Below are positions 43,944 through 54,100 of a stretch of DNA of 64,000 nt, piece after piece; the stretch's first letter is position 1, and each line of letters begins with the position of its first letter. The DNA comes from Bacteroidales bacterium (lineage in GTDB: Bacteria > Bacteroidota > Bacteroidia > Bacteroidales > WCHB1-69). The notes below the pieces were generated by a model. The model was not told where the DNA came from and made no database searches. It worked only from the letters and a program-made list of their open reading frames with translations. Made by a program: the position numbers and the translations under genes. The stretch is from assembly GCA_024400755.1 (NCBI GenBank), contig JAKSMG010000003.1, forward strand, positions 48,596 to 112,595. Reading direction: 5' to 3'.

Positions 43944-45083
43944 TTAAAATTTTCTTCTTACCAAGTCACAAAGTGATAAATACGCCGAGGAAGTTGAATC
44001 CCAAAAATACTGCTTTTTCAGGCCTTCCATAATGTCAAAGGCCTCTTCAATATCCTGACAATTATTCAACGTTTGAATGGCACGACTAAATTCTTCACTC
44101 TTATTTTTGAACAACTCCCTAATAAACAAAAATTTATCATTAATCGTCATGGCCTTGGTCAAATCCACAACCTTTTTCTGCTGAAATTTGTCACCAAGCG
44201 AATTTTCCCTTTTCTGCTCATTAAACAAATCGTTGAGCGAACGCTGTTGCGGTTTTTCAGCGGCCGGAACTACTTCAACTTGCTGTGCCGGCTTGGGTTC
44301 TGGGATAGCCGGTTTTGCCTCCGGTTTCACCACTACCTGCTTATCTTCCTGCATAGTCGGCTTAGGTTCCGATTTTGCAGGTTCTTCAACTTTAGGTTTG
44401 ATTTCGGGAATTTCCATTTTAGGTTCTGAAACCGTAACTTTATGACTATCAACTTGTTTAACCTCTGGCTTAACTTCTAGTTTAACCTCTGTTTTGGGCT
44501 CCGGTTTAACTTCTGGTTTAGGCACTGGCTTAACTTCTGGCTTGGGCTCCGGTTTAACCTCTGGCTTGGGCTCTGGTTTTGCTTCTACCTTTGCTTCCGT
44601 CTTTACCACCGGCTGGCTTTTTGTTTCCACTTTAGGTTGTGGCGTAAGAAATTGCAGAATATCCGAATCCATCTCGTCAAGATCTTCTACCTGCGGTTTC
44701 TCACTTTTTATGGAAATTTTTTCAACGACAGGTTTTTCTTCCTTACGAGGAACCTCCACTTGCGGCTCAACTTTCTTTTCAACAACCGGCGATTTTTCAA
44801 CAGCAGGCGTTTCCTTAACTAGCGACACAGGTTGAACCGGCATAACAGTGGGCTTGGTTTCCATCACCGCCATTTCCTTCTTTTCCGTTTCCGGCTTAGG
44901 ATTGATTTCCGGTTTTTGAACCGTTGGAACACTACTCACCTGATTTCTCAAAATCAGCAAATAGGCTTCGCGAAGATTTTGAAGCACGATATCCTTTTCA
45001 ATTTGAGAAAAATCACTCTTACTGTTCTTGATAAGCGTAAGATTATCAATGATTTGATTTAATAATTCGTCCTTATTCTGCAT
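43944..45083 (-). CDS. Hypothetical protein with central Pro/Glu/Lys/Val-rich repeat region
   Basis: Has structured N- and C-terminal regions flanking about 200 aa of low complexity, including KPEPKPEVKPEPKPEVKPVPKPEVKPEPK. The start is either ATG 45083 or ATG 45134, and promoter spacing favours 45083. Confidence 0.55.
   Translation of the reverse strand: MQNKDELLNQIIDNLTLIKNSKSDFSQIEKDIVLQNLREAYLLILRNQVSSVPTVQKPEINPKPETEKKEMAVMETKPTVMPVQPVSLVKETPAVEKSPVVEKKVEPQVEVPRKEEKPVVEKISIKSEKPQVEDLDEMDSDILQFLTPQPKVETKSQPVVKTEAKVEAKPEPKPEVKPEPKPEVKPVPKPEVKPEPKTEVKLEVKPEVKQVDSHKVTVSEPKMEIPEIKPKVEEPAKSEPKPTMQEDKQVVVKPEAKPAIPEPKPAQQVEVVPAAEKPQQRSLNDLFNEQKRENSLGDKFQQKKVVDLTKAMTINDKFLFIRELFKNKSEEFSRAIQTLNNCQDIEEAFDIMEGLKKQYFWDSTSSAYLSLCDLVRRKF
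44467..44598. repeat. Eleven tandem 12-nt units inside the Pro/Glu/Lys-rich CDS
   Basis: Plus-strand units read GGCTTAACTTCT / AGTTTAACCTCT / GTTTTGGGCTCC and so on. They encode (K/E)PEV-type tetrapeptides on the minus strand. Confidence 0.8.
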
Positions 45084-45122
45084 AATAAAAAACTTCTTCG
45101 AGGAATAATCCCGATAATTTAT

Positions 45123-45130
45123 TAATTTTG
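45123..45130 (+). promoter_or_regulatory. -7 promoter box (TAATTTTG) for tdk
   Basis: TAnnTTTG lies 58 nt upstream of ATG 45188. Confidence 0.5.
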
Positions 45131-45147
45131 CCATTTGAAAAAGCGTT

Positions 45148-45155
45148 CAAAAATA
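45148..45155 (-). promoter_or_regulatory. -7 promoter box (TATTTTTG) for the repeat-protein gene
   Basis: The plus strand reads CAAAAATA. It is divergent from, and interleaved with, the tdk promoter. Confidence 0.5.
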
Positions 45156-45187
45156 CAAAAATATTCAATTCAAACAAGACAAAAAAA

Positions 45188-45796
45188 ATGTTTTTAGAGA
45201 GTAAAGCGAGTAGAAATTTACATAAAGGGTGGATAGAGGTAATTTGCGGCTCAATGTTTTCCGGAAAAACGGAAGAATTGCTCCGAAGAATTCGTCGTGC
45301 CAGATTTGCACAGCAGCAAATAGAGCTCTTCAAACCAGCCATTGATGTGCGGTATGATGAAACCGACGTGGTTTCACACGATGAAACTTCTATGGTTTCG
45401 ACACCCGTGCATAATTCTTCGGAAATATTGCTGTATGTCAATATGGAAACAGTCGAAGTGGTGGGTATTGATGAGGTGCAGTTTTTCGATAACGGCATTG
45501 TTGAAGTCTGTAATAAATTGGCCGACAATGGAATCCGTGTTATCGTAGCGGGATTGGATATGGATTATTTAGGACACCCGTTTGGTCCGATGCCGGGTTT
45601 GCTGGCCGTAGCCGAATATGTTTCCAAAGTTCACGCCATCTGCACCCGTTGCGGCGACCTCGCCCAATATTCCCACCGTCTGGTAATGAATGACAAACAA
45701 GTGATGTTAGGCGAAAAAGAAAGTTACGAACCTCTCTGCCGACATTGCTATAACGAACAACTACAACAAAGCAAAAACGAAACATCAGACAAGTAG
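45188..45796 (+). CDS. tdk: Thymidine kinase
   Basis: Has the P-loop [11 protein letters not shown] and zinc-ribbon cysteines (CTRCG ... CRHC). The start is trimmed to ATG 45188. Confidence 0.92.
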   Translation: MFLESKASRNLHKGWIEVICGSMFSGKTEELLRRIRRARFAQQQIELFKPAIDVRYDETDVVSHDETSMVSTPVHNSSEILLYVNMETVEVVGIDEVQFFDNGIVEVCNKLADNGIRVIVAGLDMDYLGHPFGPMPGLLAVAEYVSKVHAICTRCGDLAQYSHRLVMNDKQVMLGEKESYEPLCRHCYNEQLQQSKNETSDK

Positions 45797-45822
45797 TTTA
45801 TCCAACACTTACTAATTTTTCG

Positions 45823-45830
45823 TATTTTTG
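45823..45830 (+). promoter_or_regulatory. -7 promoter box (TATTTTTG) for sufE
   Basis: TAnnTTTG lies 21 nt upstream of ATG 45851. Confidence 0.55.
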
Positions 45831-45850
45831 TAATTTAATTACTTAAAAAA

Positions 45851-46279
45851 ATGGAACAAACACTACAAGAAGCCGAACAGCAAATCATCGACGAATTTGA
45901 ACTATTTGAAGATTGGATGGATAAATACAATTATATTATTGAATTAGGAAAAGAACTTCCGCTCATTGATCCCCAATATAAAACTGAGCAATATCTCATT
46001 TCGGGATGTCAGTCGCAAGTATGGCTTCACGCCGACTTCAAGGACGGAAAAATCAATTTTACGGCCGACAGCGACGCCATCATCACAAAAGGTATCATCA
46101 ACTTACTTATCCGCGTCCTCTCCGGCCGCACTCCCCAGGAAATCTTAGATTGCTCCTTGGACTACATCGACAAGATCGGCTTAAAAGAACATCTGTCCCC
46201 GACAAGATCCAACGGTTTGGTGTCTATGATTAAACAGATTAAACTGTATGCGTTGGGATTTAGTAAGATCGGTAATTAA
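45851..46279 (+). CDS. sufE: SufE-family cysteine desulfuration (sulfur acceptor) protein
   Basis: Has the SGCQSQVWL active-site Cys motif. Length is 142 aa. Confidence 0.85.
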   Translation: MEQTLQEAEQQIIDEFELFEDWMDKYNYIIELGKELPLIDPQYKTEQYLISGCQSQVWLHADFKDGKINFTADSDAIITKGIINLLIRVLSGRTPQEILDCSLDYIDKIGLKEHLSPTRSNGLVSMIKQIKLYALGFSKIGN

Positions 46280-46334
46280 AATTAAGAATGTAGTAACTAA
46301 GGTATAGGGTTATAAATTTTCAAAAAATATCAAT

Positions 46335-47303
46335 ATGGCTAAAATCATCGGTGTAGGAAATGCGTTGGTTGACGTGATCGTTAATCTACAAAATGAAGAA
46401 ATATTAAAGCAATTCTCTTTGGAAAAAGGCGGAATGGAAATGATTGACAGTGAACGGAAGAGAGAAATTCACCAAGCTCTCAAAAATATGTCAAAAGCTT
46501 CTGCCACAGGAGGTTCCACATCCAACACCATTCACGGATTGGCTCGATTGGGCATAGAGGCCGGCTATATGGGCAAGGTTTGCGACGACGAACCCGGACG
46601 CTTTTTTCAAGCCGAGATGGAACGCTACAAAGTTACGCCACACCTGATGTATTCCGATATTGACACCGGCATTGCCACTACCTTTATGACCCCCGATGCC
46701 GAACGGACTTTCGCCACCTACCTCGGTGCCGCCGCCACGATGACCGCCGCCGAAATCAATCCTGAAATTTTCAAGGATTATGATTATTTGTATATTGAAG
46801 GATACCTGATTTTTAATCACGAATTGGTACAAAAACTTTGCGAAATTGCCGATCAATACCACTTAAAAGTCGCAATGGATTTCGGAAGTTACAATATTGT
46901 GGAGGATCATTTTGAATTTCTAAAAGATATTCTACGACGTTATGTCGATATTATTTTTGCCAACGAAGAAGAAGCCAAGGCTTTTACGGGTAAAGAAGGT
47001 GCGGAAGCGTTGTCTGTTTTGGCAGAATATTGTCCAATTTCCATTGTCAAATTGGGCAAACACGGTTCAATTGTGAATGTGAACGGTGAAGTGGTGGAAA
47101 TTCCGCCATACGAAGCACAACGTATCGATACCAATGGAGCTGGTGATATTTATGCTTCAGGATTTATGTATGGCTTAATGAAAGGATACGACACTCAACG
47201 CTGCGGCTACATTGCCACACGCCTTTCCGCCGCCATCATTGAAACCGTAGGGGCAAAATTAACCGACGAACAATGGGAAAAATTACTTCCCGAGGTCCGT
47301 TAA
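46335..47303 (+). CDS. PfkB-family carbohydrate/nucleoside kinase
   Basis: Has an N-terminal GVGNALVD motif and the C-terminal DTNGAGD signature. Confidence 0.8.
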   Translation: MAKIIGVGNALVDVIVNLQNEEILKQFSLEKGGMEMIDSERKREIHQALKNMSKASATGGSTSNTIHGLARLGIEAGYMGKVCDDEPGRFFQAEMERYKVTPHLMYSDIDTGIATTFMTPDAERTFATYLGAAATMTAAEINPEIFKDYDYLYIEGYLIFNHELVQKLCEIADQYHLKVAMDFGSYNIVEDHFEFLKDILRRYVDIIFANEEEAKAFTGKEGAEALSVLAEYCPISIVKLGKHGSIVNVNGEVVEIPPYEAQRIDTNGAGDIYASGFMYGLMKGYDTQRCGYIATRLSAAIIETVGAKLTDEQWEKLLPEVR

Positions 47304-47768
47304 CAATTCGTCTTTCAGCATTTGCAGGGCAGCTTCGGCCGCCTGATGAATAATTTCCACACGACTTAAATTTGGGTCGAAGTGATGGATTTTGGAATTG
47401 AAACGGGTGGTAGTAGCCACACAGATCCAAACCGTACCTACCGGCTTTTCCTCGCTGCCACCGCCAGGGCCCGCAATGCCGGATGTAGCGATGGTATAGT
47501 CCACATCAAACAGCCCCATCGTGTTGATAGCCATATCGTTGACGACAAATTCGCTGACGGCACCGTGTTTTTTGAGATTCAACTCACGCACATTGAGCAC
47601 CGAGCGTTTGATTTCGTTGGAATAGGACACCACAGAGCCTTTGAAAAACTCGGAGCTTCCCGGCACTGAAGTGATGAGGTGTGACAAATAGCCGCCGGTA
47701 CAGCTTTCCGCTACCGCCAATGTCTTTTTGTTTTTGAAAAACAATTCCGCAATTTCTTCCTGTATCAT
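47283..47768 (-). CDS. pncC: CinA-family nicotinamide-nucleotide amidohydrolase (PncC domain)
   Basis: Contains the AVAESCTGGYLSHLIT motif. The start is trimmed to ATG 47768, because the tracked 47769-48020 extension reads through repeat copy C. The 3' end overlaps the pfkB-family gene by 21 nt. Confidence 0.8.
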   Translation of the reverse strand: MIQEEIAELFFKNKKTLAVAESCTGGYLSHLITSVPGSSEFFKGSVVSYSNEIKRSVLNVRELNLKKHGAVSEFVVNDMAINTMGLFDVDYTIATSGIAGPGGGSEEKPVGTVWICVATTTRFNSKIHHFDPNLSRVEIIHQAAEAALQMLKDELLTDLGK

Positions 47769-47788
47769 CGTAAAAATATTTAATGGAG

Positions 47789-47796
47789 CAAAAATA
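47789..47796 (-). promoter_or_regulatory. -7 promoter box (TATTTTTG) for the cinA-family gene
   Basis: The plus strand reads CAAAAATA, 21 nt upstream of ATG 47768. Confidence 0.55.
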
Positions 47797-47839
47797 AGGA
47801 AAAACAATGAAATATAAAAAAATGCAACATTAAAAATAT

Positions 47840-48004
47840 CGGAATTAGCACCTTTCTTCTTGTAACGAGATTTCAACTTCGCTATGGTTCGTCGGAATGG
47901 CGACGAACCATTAGGCAAGAAGTGGCGGCGACGGAAAGCAACTGCGATATTGTTCGGACACGGTATCGCCGCAAACATTTCAACAAGATTAAACGAGATA
48001 ATCC
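47840..48004 (+). repeat. Structured interspersed repeat, copy C
   Basis: Collinear with copy B over its full length. It has a perfect 10-bp hairpin (ATGGTTCGTC-GGAATGGC-GACGAACCAT) and degenerate termini. Confidence 0.75.
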
Positions 48005-48041
48005 AGACAAAAAATGACAACTTTGCAAGACGGATAAGGTA

Positions 48042-48049
48042 TAATTTTG
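48042..48049 (+). promoter_or_regulatory. -7 promoter box (TAATTTTG) for the giant FISUMP gene
   Basis: TAnnTTTG lies 80 nt upstream of ATG 48129. Confidence 0.45.
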
Positions 48050-48128
48050 AAAAATATTATTTATAATTGCAAAATCAAGTTTATTATTGAGAAAAGATAT
48101 AAAGCATTATAAATTAGAAAGTTAAATA

Positions 48129-51100
48129 ATGAAAAAACTATTATGCTGTGTGCTTTTCGCACTATTTCTACTTCCATTGGCTGTAATGGGTCAGTACGGA
48201 ACTGAAAATCTGACAGCACAGGATGCTGAAGGTCACACCTTCAGTTCCGTGAAAGTGGGTCCTCACTGCTGGTTGAAACCCAACCTTTCAATCAAGCTGG
48301 ACAGCAGTAAAATCTACAAATCGGAGATGTATCCCGACACAGATGCCAACCTGGCCACTTTCGGTCGTTTGTACAACTGGTACACGGCCATGAATGTGCA
48401 GCCCGGACAAAGCCCCGTGGTCGGCGAACACGGCTTCGTGCAAGGTATCTGCCCCGAGGGGTGGCACCTTCCTACCGAAGCTGAAACCCGTGAACTGATG
48501 AACTATGACGCCAAAACGCTACACGCCACAGAGCATTGGTTCGTACCCGGTACCAACACCACTGGCTTCACCATGCTTCCCGGCGGTTACTACAACGCCA
48601 TGAAGAAATATGGCGAAAACTTGGGCGGTGACTGCTATATGTGGTCCGCACAGAGTCTGGATCCCTCCAACCCGACCGTGATCTGGTCCGACTGCCACTG
48701 TGAATATTTCTTGGTGAACAGGGGTTCAGCCGTCAATGGCATGTCGGTACGCTGCGTGTATAAAATTTACCAGGGCGAGATAACTACCGACTCTGTAAAA
48801 GAAATCACCGACCAATCCGCCACGCTTTATGGAACGGTTGCCTTCAGTGGCTATGACGAAGAATACGAACGCGGCTTCGTGTATGGTACCAATCCCAACA
48901 ACCTGGATCAATGGGCAGTGGAAAGCTCAACGGCTTCTGAGGAGACAGCTCCTTTCAACAAGGAAATCACGGGCTTAACCGTTGCAACTACTTACTATTA
49001 TCAGGCCTATATCATCAATGATTTCGACACCGCCTGGGGAGAAATAAAGGACTTCAAAACACTACAAATGCAGGTTACCACCGACAGTGCCAACAATATC
49101 ACGCATTATACTGCCACTTTGCATGGCACCTTAACCCATTTGTCATACCCCAGCGTGAATGTCGGCTTCAAGTACGGCACAAGCGAAGATGCACTGACTT
49201 TTATTTCAGAAGTTGAGTCTCGTAATACCACAGGTCAATATTCGGCAAATCTCAACGGACTTACCGAAGGAACCACCTATTTTTTCAAGGCTTTCACAGC
49301 CAATGGAACTGACACCGTTTATGGCGAAGTGAAGAGTTTCATCACAAAGGATATAGCAGTGGCAACAAACGCTGCCACCGACATAAGAAGCACTGCCGCC
49401 ACATTGAACGGAGAGTTGACAATACTCAAGGGTTATGAAAATGCCAATGTCGGTTTCCGCTACGGACAGTATAAAGATTATATGGTATTCTTTGCTGATG
49501 AACAACCTATGACCAGCACGGGACCATTTGCCTTTGACTTATCAGACATTTCACCCAACACGACCTACTACTTCCAGGCCTACGCCTACAACGGCACCGA
49601 CACCGCCTGGGCAGCCGATACCTTAGACTTCACTACACCAACCGTTCCTTGCCTGGGTGCAGTAAGAGCCAACGAGCGCGGTACCACCGATGCTATCGAC
49701 TCCGTATTAGACGTTGATGGAAGCGCATATATTACCGTTCAAATCGGCGACCAGTGCTGGATGGCCCAGAACCTGAGGACGACGAAATATGCCGACGGCA
49801 CCTCCATTTCCTTGGGCAGCACCACGAGCACAGAAACAGCTTATCACTACTATCCCACCGGCAGCAGTAGCAACGTGAGCAAGTACGGTTATCTGTACAA
49901 TTGGAAGGCGGTGATGGGCAACTCCACCAGCAGTGAAACTAACCCCAGCGGAGTGCAGGGCATCTGTCCTAAAGGCTGGCACGTGCCGAGCGATACGGAG
50001 TGGACACAGCTGACCAACTACGTAAGCAGTCAGAGCGAGTACGTGTGCGAAAGTATCAACACTTACAACGCCAAGGCGTTAGCCTCAACCACGGGGTGGA
50101 ACAGCAGCTCAAACACTTGTGTCCCAGGCAACAATCCGTCAGACAACAACGCCACGGGTTTTTCTGCTGTTCCTGCGGGCTACTACAGCGGCAGCTACGG
50201 CAGTTTCGGCGACGACGCGCACTTTTGGTCGGCTACCCAATACTATAATAGCTACGCCTACTCCCGCTACGTGGACTACAACTACGCAGACGTGCACAAG
50301 TACAACTACGAGGAGTACTACGGATTCAGTGTCCGCTGCCTCCGTGATCCAATGACCGTTACCACCGACAGTGCAACTGCCGTGACGAAAGAATCCGCCA
50401 CCTTGAACGGAACGGTGAAGAGTTTGGGTAAATATACCGAAGTGAAAGCCGGATTCAAGTATGGGCAATCTGCTAAAATGATGGTGTTTAAGACAGAAGA
50501 AACAAGTAAGGATACAATTGAAGCATACAGTGCCAACCTTAATTCCTTGGCTCCCAATACCACCTATTTCTATCAGGCATACGTTTGTACTCCAGGTGAT
50601 ACCGTTTATGGTAACATACTAAATTTCACCACACCGACTGTTCCTTGTCTGGTTACTCCAAGACAAAATGAACGTGGTGTCTCTAATGCCATCGATTCTG
50701 TAATAGATAATGAAGGCAACCACTATATTGTCGTTCAAATCGGCCGACAGTGCTGGATGGCCCAGAACCTGCGCTGCACTAAGAGCCCGAGACAAGGTAC
50801 GGGAGCTGGACAGATTGACCTGAAACTTGGCGGATCAAATTATAATAATTTCCAACCCTATTATTATGCTCCATCTAAAGCACACGTTGCCACTTATGGG
50901 TACCTGTACAACTATCCTGCCGTGGTTGATACGATGGGTAGTGTTACTGCAATGCCGACAAAGATTCGCAGGGGTATCTGTCCTGAAGGTTGGCATGTGC
51001 CAAGTGACGGAGAATGGTTTGAATTGGAGAAAGAAGTAATGGGTATGACGACGGCAGACAGCGCGACAAATGGAGGATATAGAGGTAGTGGTGTCGGTAA

Positions 51101-54100
51101 GTTAACGGGAGGTTATGATATTTGGCCTGTTAATGTTTCGGCAACGACTTCAACTCCTGAGAATTATTCTTATGAAAATCGTAACAGCAGCGGTTTTTCA
51201 GCACTTCCGGGTGGTGATATAAAAGAGGGCTCACTCATAAATGTTGGTGGATATGCGTATTTTTGGAGTGCGACTTCGGCATCTTCAACGAAAGCCTGGA
51301 GTAGAACTTTTATGCATAGCAAGGAGGGTTCTTATCGTAATGATTATGATCGTAGCCGTGGGTACTCCGTTCGTTGCGTGCGAGACACAACGGCTATTAC
51401 CACCGACAGTGCCAACACCATCACCAAGAACAGTGCCAAGTTGCACGGCAATGTGATTTCTTTGGGTTATACCGAAATGAAAGTCGGTTTCCGCTACGGA
51501 CAGCAACCGAACCAGATGACTATCAACGCTGAAAAGGCAGATGCGATTACGGCCGCAGGACCCTACAATGTGGATTTGACAACCCTTGCTCCCAACACAA
51601 CCTATTATTTCCAAGCATACGCCTGCAACGGCACCGATACCGTCTGGGCAGCCGATATCTTAGACTTCACAACGCCAATCGCTCCTTGTTTGGGTACACC
51701 TAACGCCAACGAACACGGCACAACAAATGCTATCGACGCCGTTACCGATTACCAGGGCAACAGCTACCTCACCGTTCAAATCGGCAACCAATGCTGGATG
51801 GCTCAGAACCTGAGGACGAAAGTGGGAGAAAAAACCGATGGTGATTTCGGTTATCCTACAACCGGTAATGACACAATAACCTACGGTCATCTATACTCCT
51901 GGAATGCCGTCACGAAGGGCGCTTCCACGACTTATCCTATGAATGCGACAGATACATTGGTACACGGCATTTGCCCGGCAGGTTGGCACGTACCGAGTGC
52001 CAATGAGTGGGACACGCTGACCTATTGTGTATATTATAGCACAAATCCCGATTACAAATGTTCTGGATGCAGCTCTGAAAGTTGGACACAAAATACACCT
52101 TGTATCGCCAATGCCTTGGCTTCAGTCACCGGTTGGATTAGTAGTAGCACAATCGAATGCAGTGCCAGCAATATAAGCGACAAATCGAATGCCACCGGCT
52201 TTGCAGCTATTCCTGCCGGCCACTACACCAACAAATTCTTCGAATTCGGCACCAACGCCTACTTCTGGAGTGCTACCGAAAAAACGAATACAGCATGGTG
52301 TAGGTATATATCCAGTTCCGAATCCTACGTGAACAGCAAAGTCAATAGCAAGAATAATACCGGCTATTCCGTCCGCTGTCTCCGCGATCCAATGATTGTT
52401 ACCTCCGACAGCGTTACCACCGTTACCAAAAACAGCGCCAAGTTATACGGCAATGTGATTTCTTTGGGTAAATATACCGAAGTGAAAGCCGGTTTCCGTT
52501 ACGGACAACACTCGAACTATATGACCTTCAAGGCTGAAAGGGCCAACGCGATTACGACTGCGGGTTCATATAATATTGATTTATCAACCCTTGCTCCTAA
52601 CACCACCTACTATTTCCAGGCCTATGCCTGCAACGGCACCGACACCGTCTGGGCAGCCGATACCTTGAACTTTACTACACCGACTGTTCCTTGTCTAGGT
52701 ACTCCAAAACAAAATGAACGTGGTGTTTCTACTGCCATCGATTCTGTAATAGATAATGAAGGCAACCACTATATTGTCGTTCAAATCGGCCGACAGTGCT
52801 GGATGGCCCAGAACCTGCGCTGCACTAAGAGCCCGAGACAAGGTACGGGAGCTGGACAGATTGACCTGAAACTTGGCGGATCAAATTATAATAATTTCCA
52901 ACCCTATTATTATGCTCCATCTAAAGCACACGTTGCCACTTATGGGTACCTGTACAACTATCCTGCCGTGGTTGATACGATGGGTAGTGTTACTGCAATG
53001 CCGACAAAGATTCGCAGGGGTATCTGTCCTGAAGGTTGGCATGTGCCAAGTGACGGAGAATGGTTTGAATTGGAGAAAGAAGTAATGGGTATGACGACGG
53101 CAGACAGCGCGACAAATGGAGGATATAGAGGTAGTGGTGTCGGTAAGTTAACGGGAGGTTATGATATTTGGCCTGTTAATGTTTCGGCAACGACTTCAAC
53201 TCCTGAGAATTATTCTTATGAAAATCGTAACAGCAGCGGTTTTTCAGCACTTCCGGGTGGTGATATAAAAGAGGGCTCACTCATAAATGTTGGTGGATAT
53301 GCGTATTTTTGGAGTGCGACTTCGGCATCTTCAACGAAAGCCTGGAGTAGAACTTTTATGCATAGCAAGGAGGGTTCCTATCGTAATGATTATGATCGTA
53401 GCCGTGGGTACTCCGTTCGTTGCGTGCGCAATCTGGAACCTATTTCCGTCACTACCGATAGTGCCAACAACGTTGCCAGTACCGAAGTCCGTCTGCACGG
53501 CAATGTAACCTCTTTGGGTACATACAACAATGTGTATGCCGGTTTCAAGTACGGCACAAGCGAAAGCACACTTACTTCCATCGCTACTGTCGAATCTGTA
53601 ATAACCACTACCGGCAGATTTAGCTGCGACATTACTGGTCTTTCCGCCAATACCCAGTATTATTTCAAGACCTTTGCTGCCAACGGCACCGACACGGTAT
53701 ATGGCGAAGTGAAGAACTTCAAAACGCTATCCTTTTGCCCCAATACTCCCACCGTTACCGATATTGACAACAACATATATAACACGGTGCAGATAGGGCA
53801 GCAGTGCTGGATGAAAGAGAACTTGCGGACAACGAGGTTTGCCGACGGCACCCCCATCTCCTTGGGCAACAGCAAGAGCACCTCTACGGCCTACCGCTAC
53901 TATCCCAACAATGACAGCAATACTGTGAGCACATACGGTTACCTGTACAACTGGAGGGCAGCGATGCGCTACTCCTCCTCTTCAGAGAACAATCCCAGCG
54001 GGGTGCAGGGCATCTGCCCCACGGGCTGGCACTTACCGAGCGATGCGGAATGGACGCAACTGACCGATTATGTGAGCAGCCAAAGCCAATATCGATGCGA

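Noticed and set aside
44073-44835. Plus-strand ORFs 44073-44429, 44188-44445, 44494-44835 and 44637-44822
   Set aside because: They mirror the 12-nt repeat region of the minus-strand gene. Their Gly/Ser/Leu/Thr- or Phe/Arg/Leu-rich translations are artefacts of reading a low-complexity repeat on the opposite strand.
47283-47303. 21-nt convergent overlap of the pfkB-family and cinA-family genes as a regulatory feature
   Set aside because: Both C-termini look complete and the overlap is short. Nothing in the sequence suggests more than compact gene packing.
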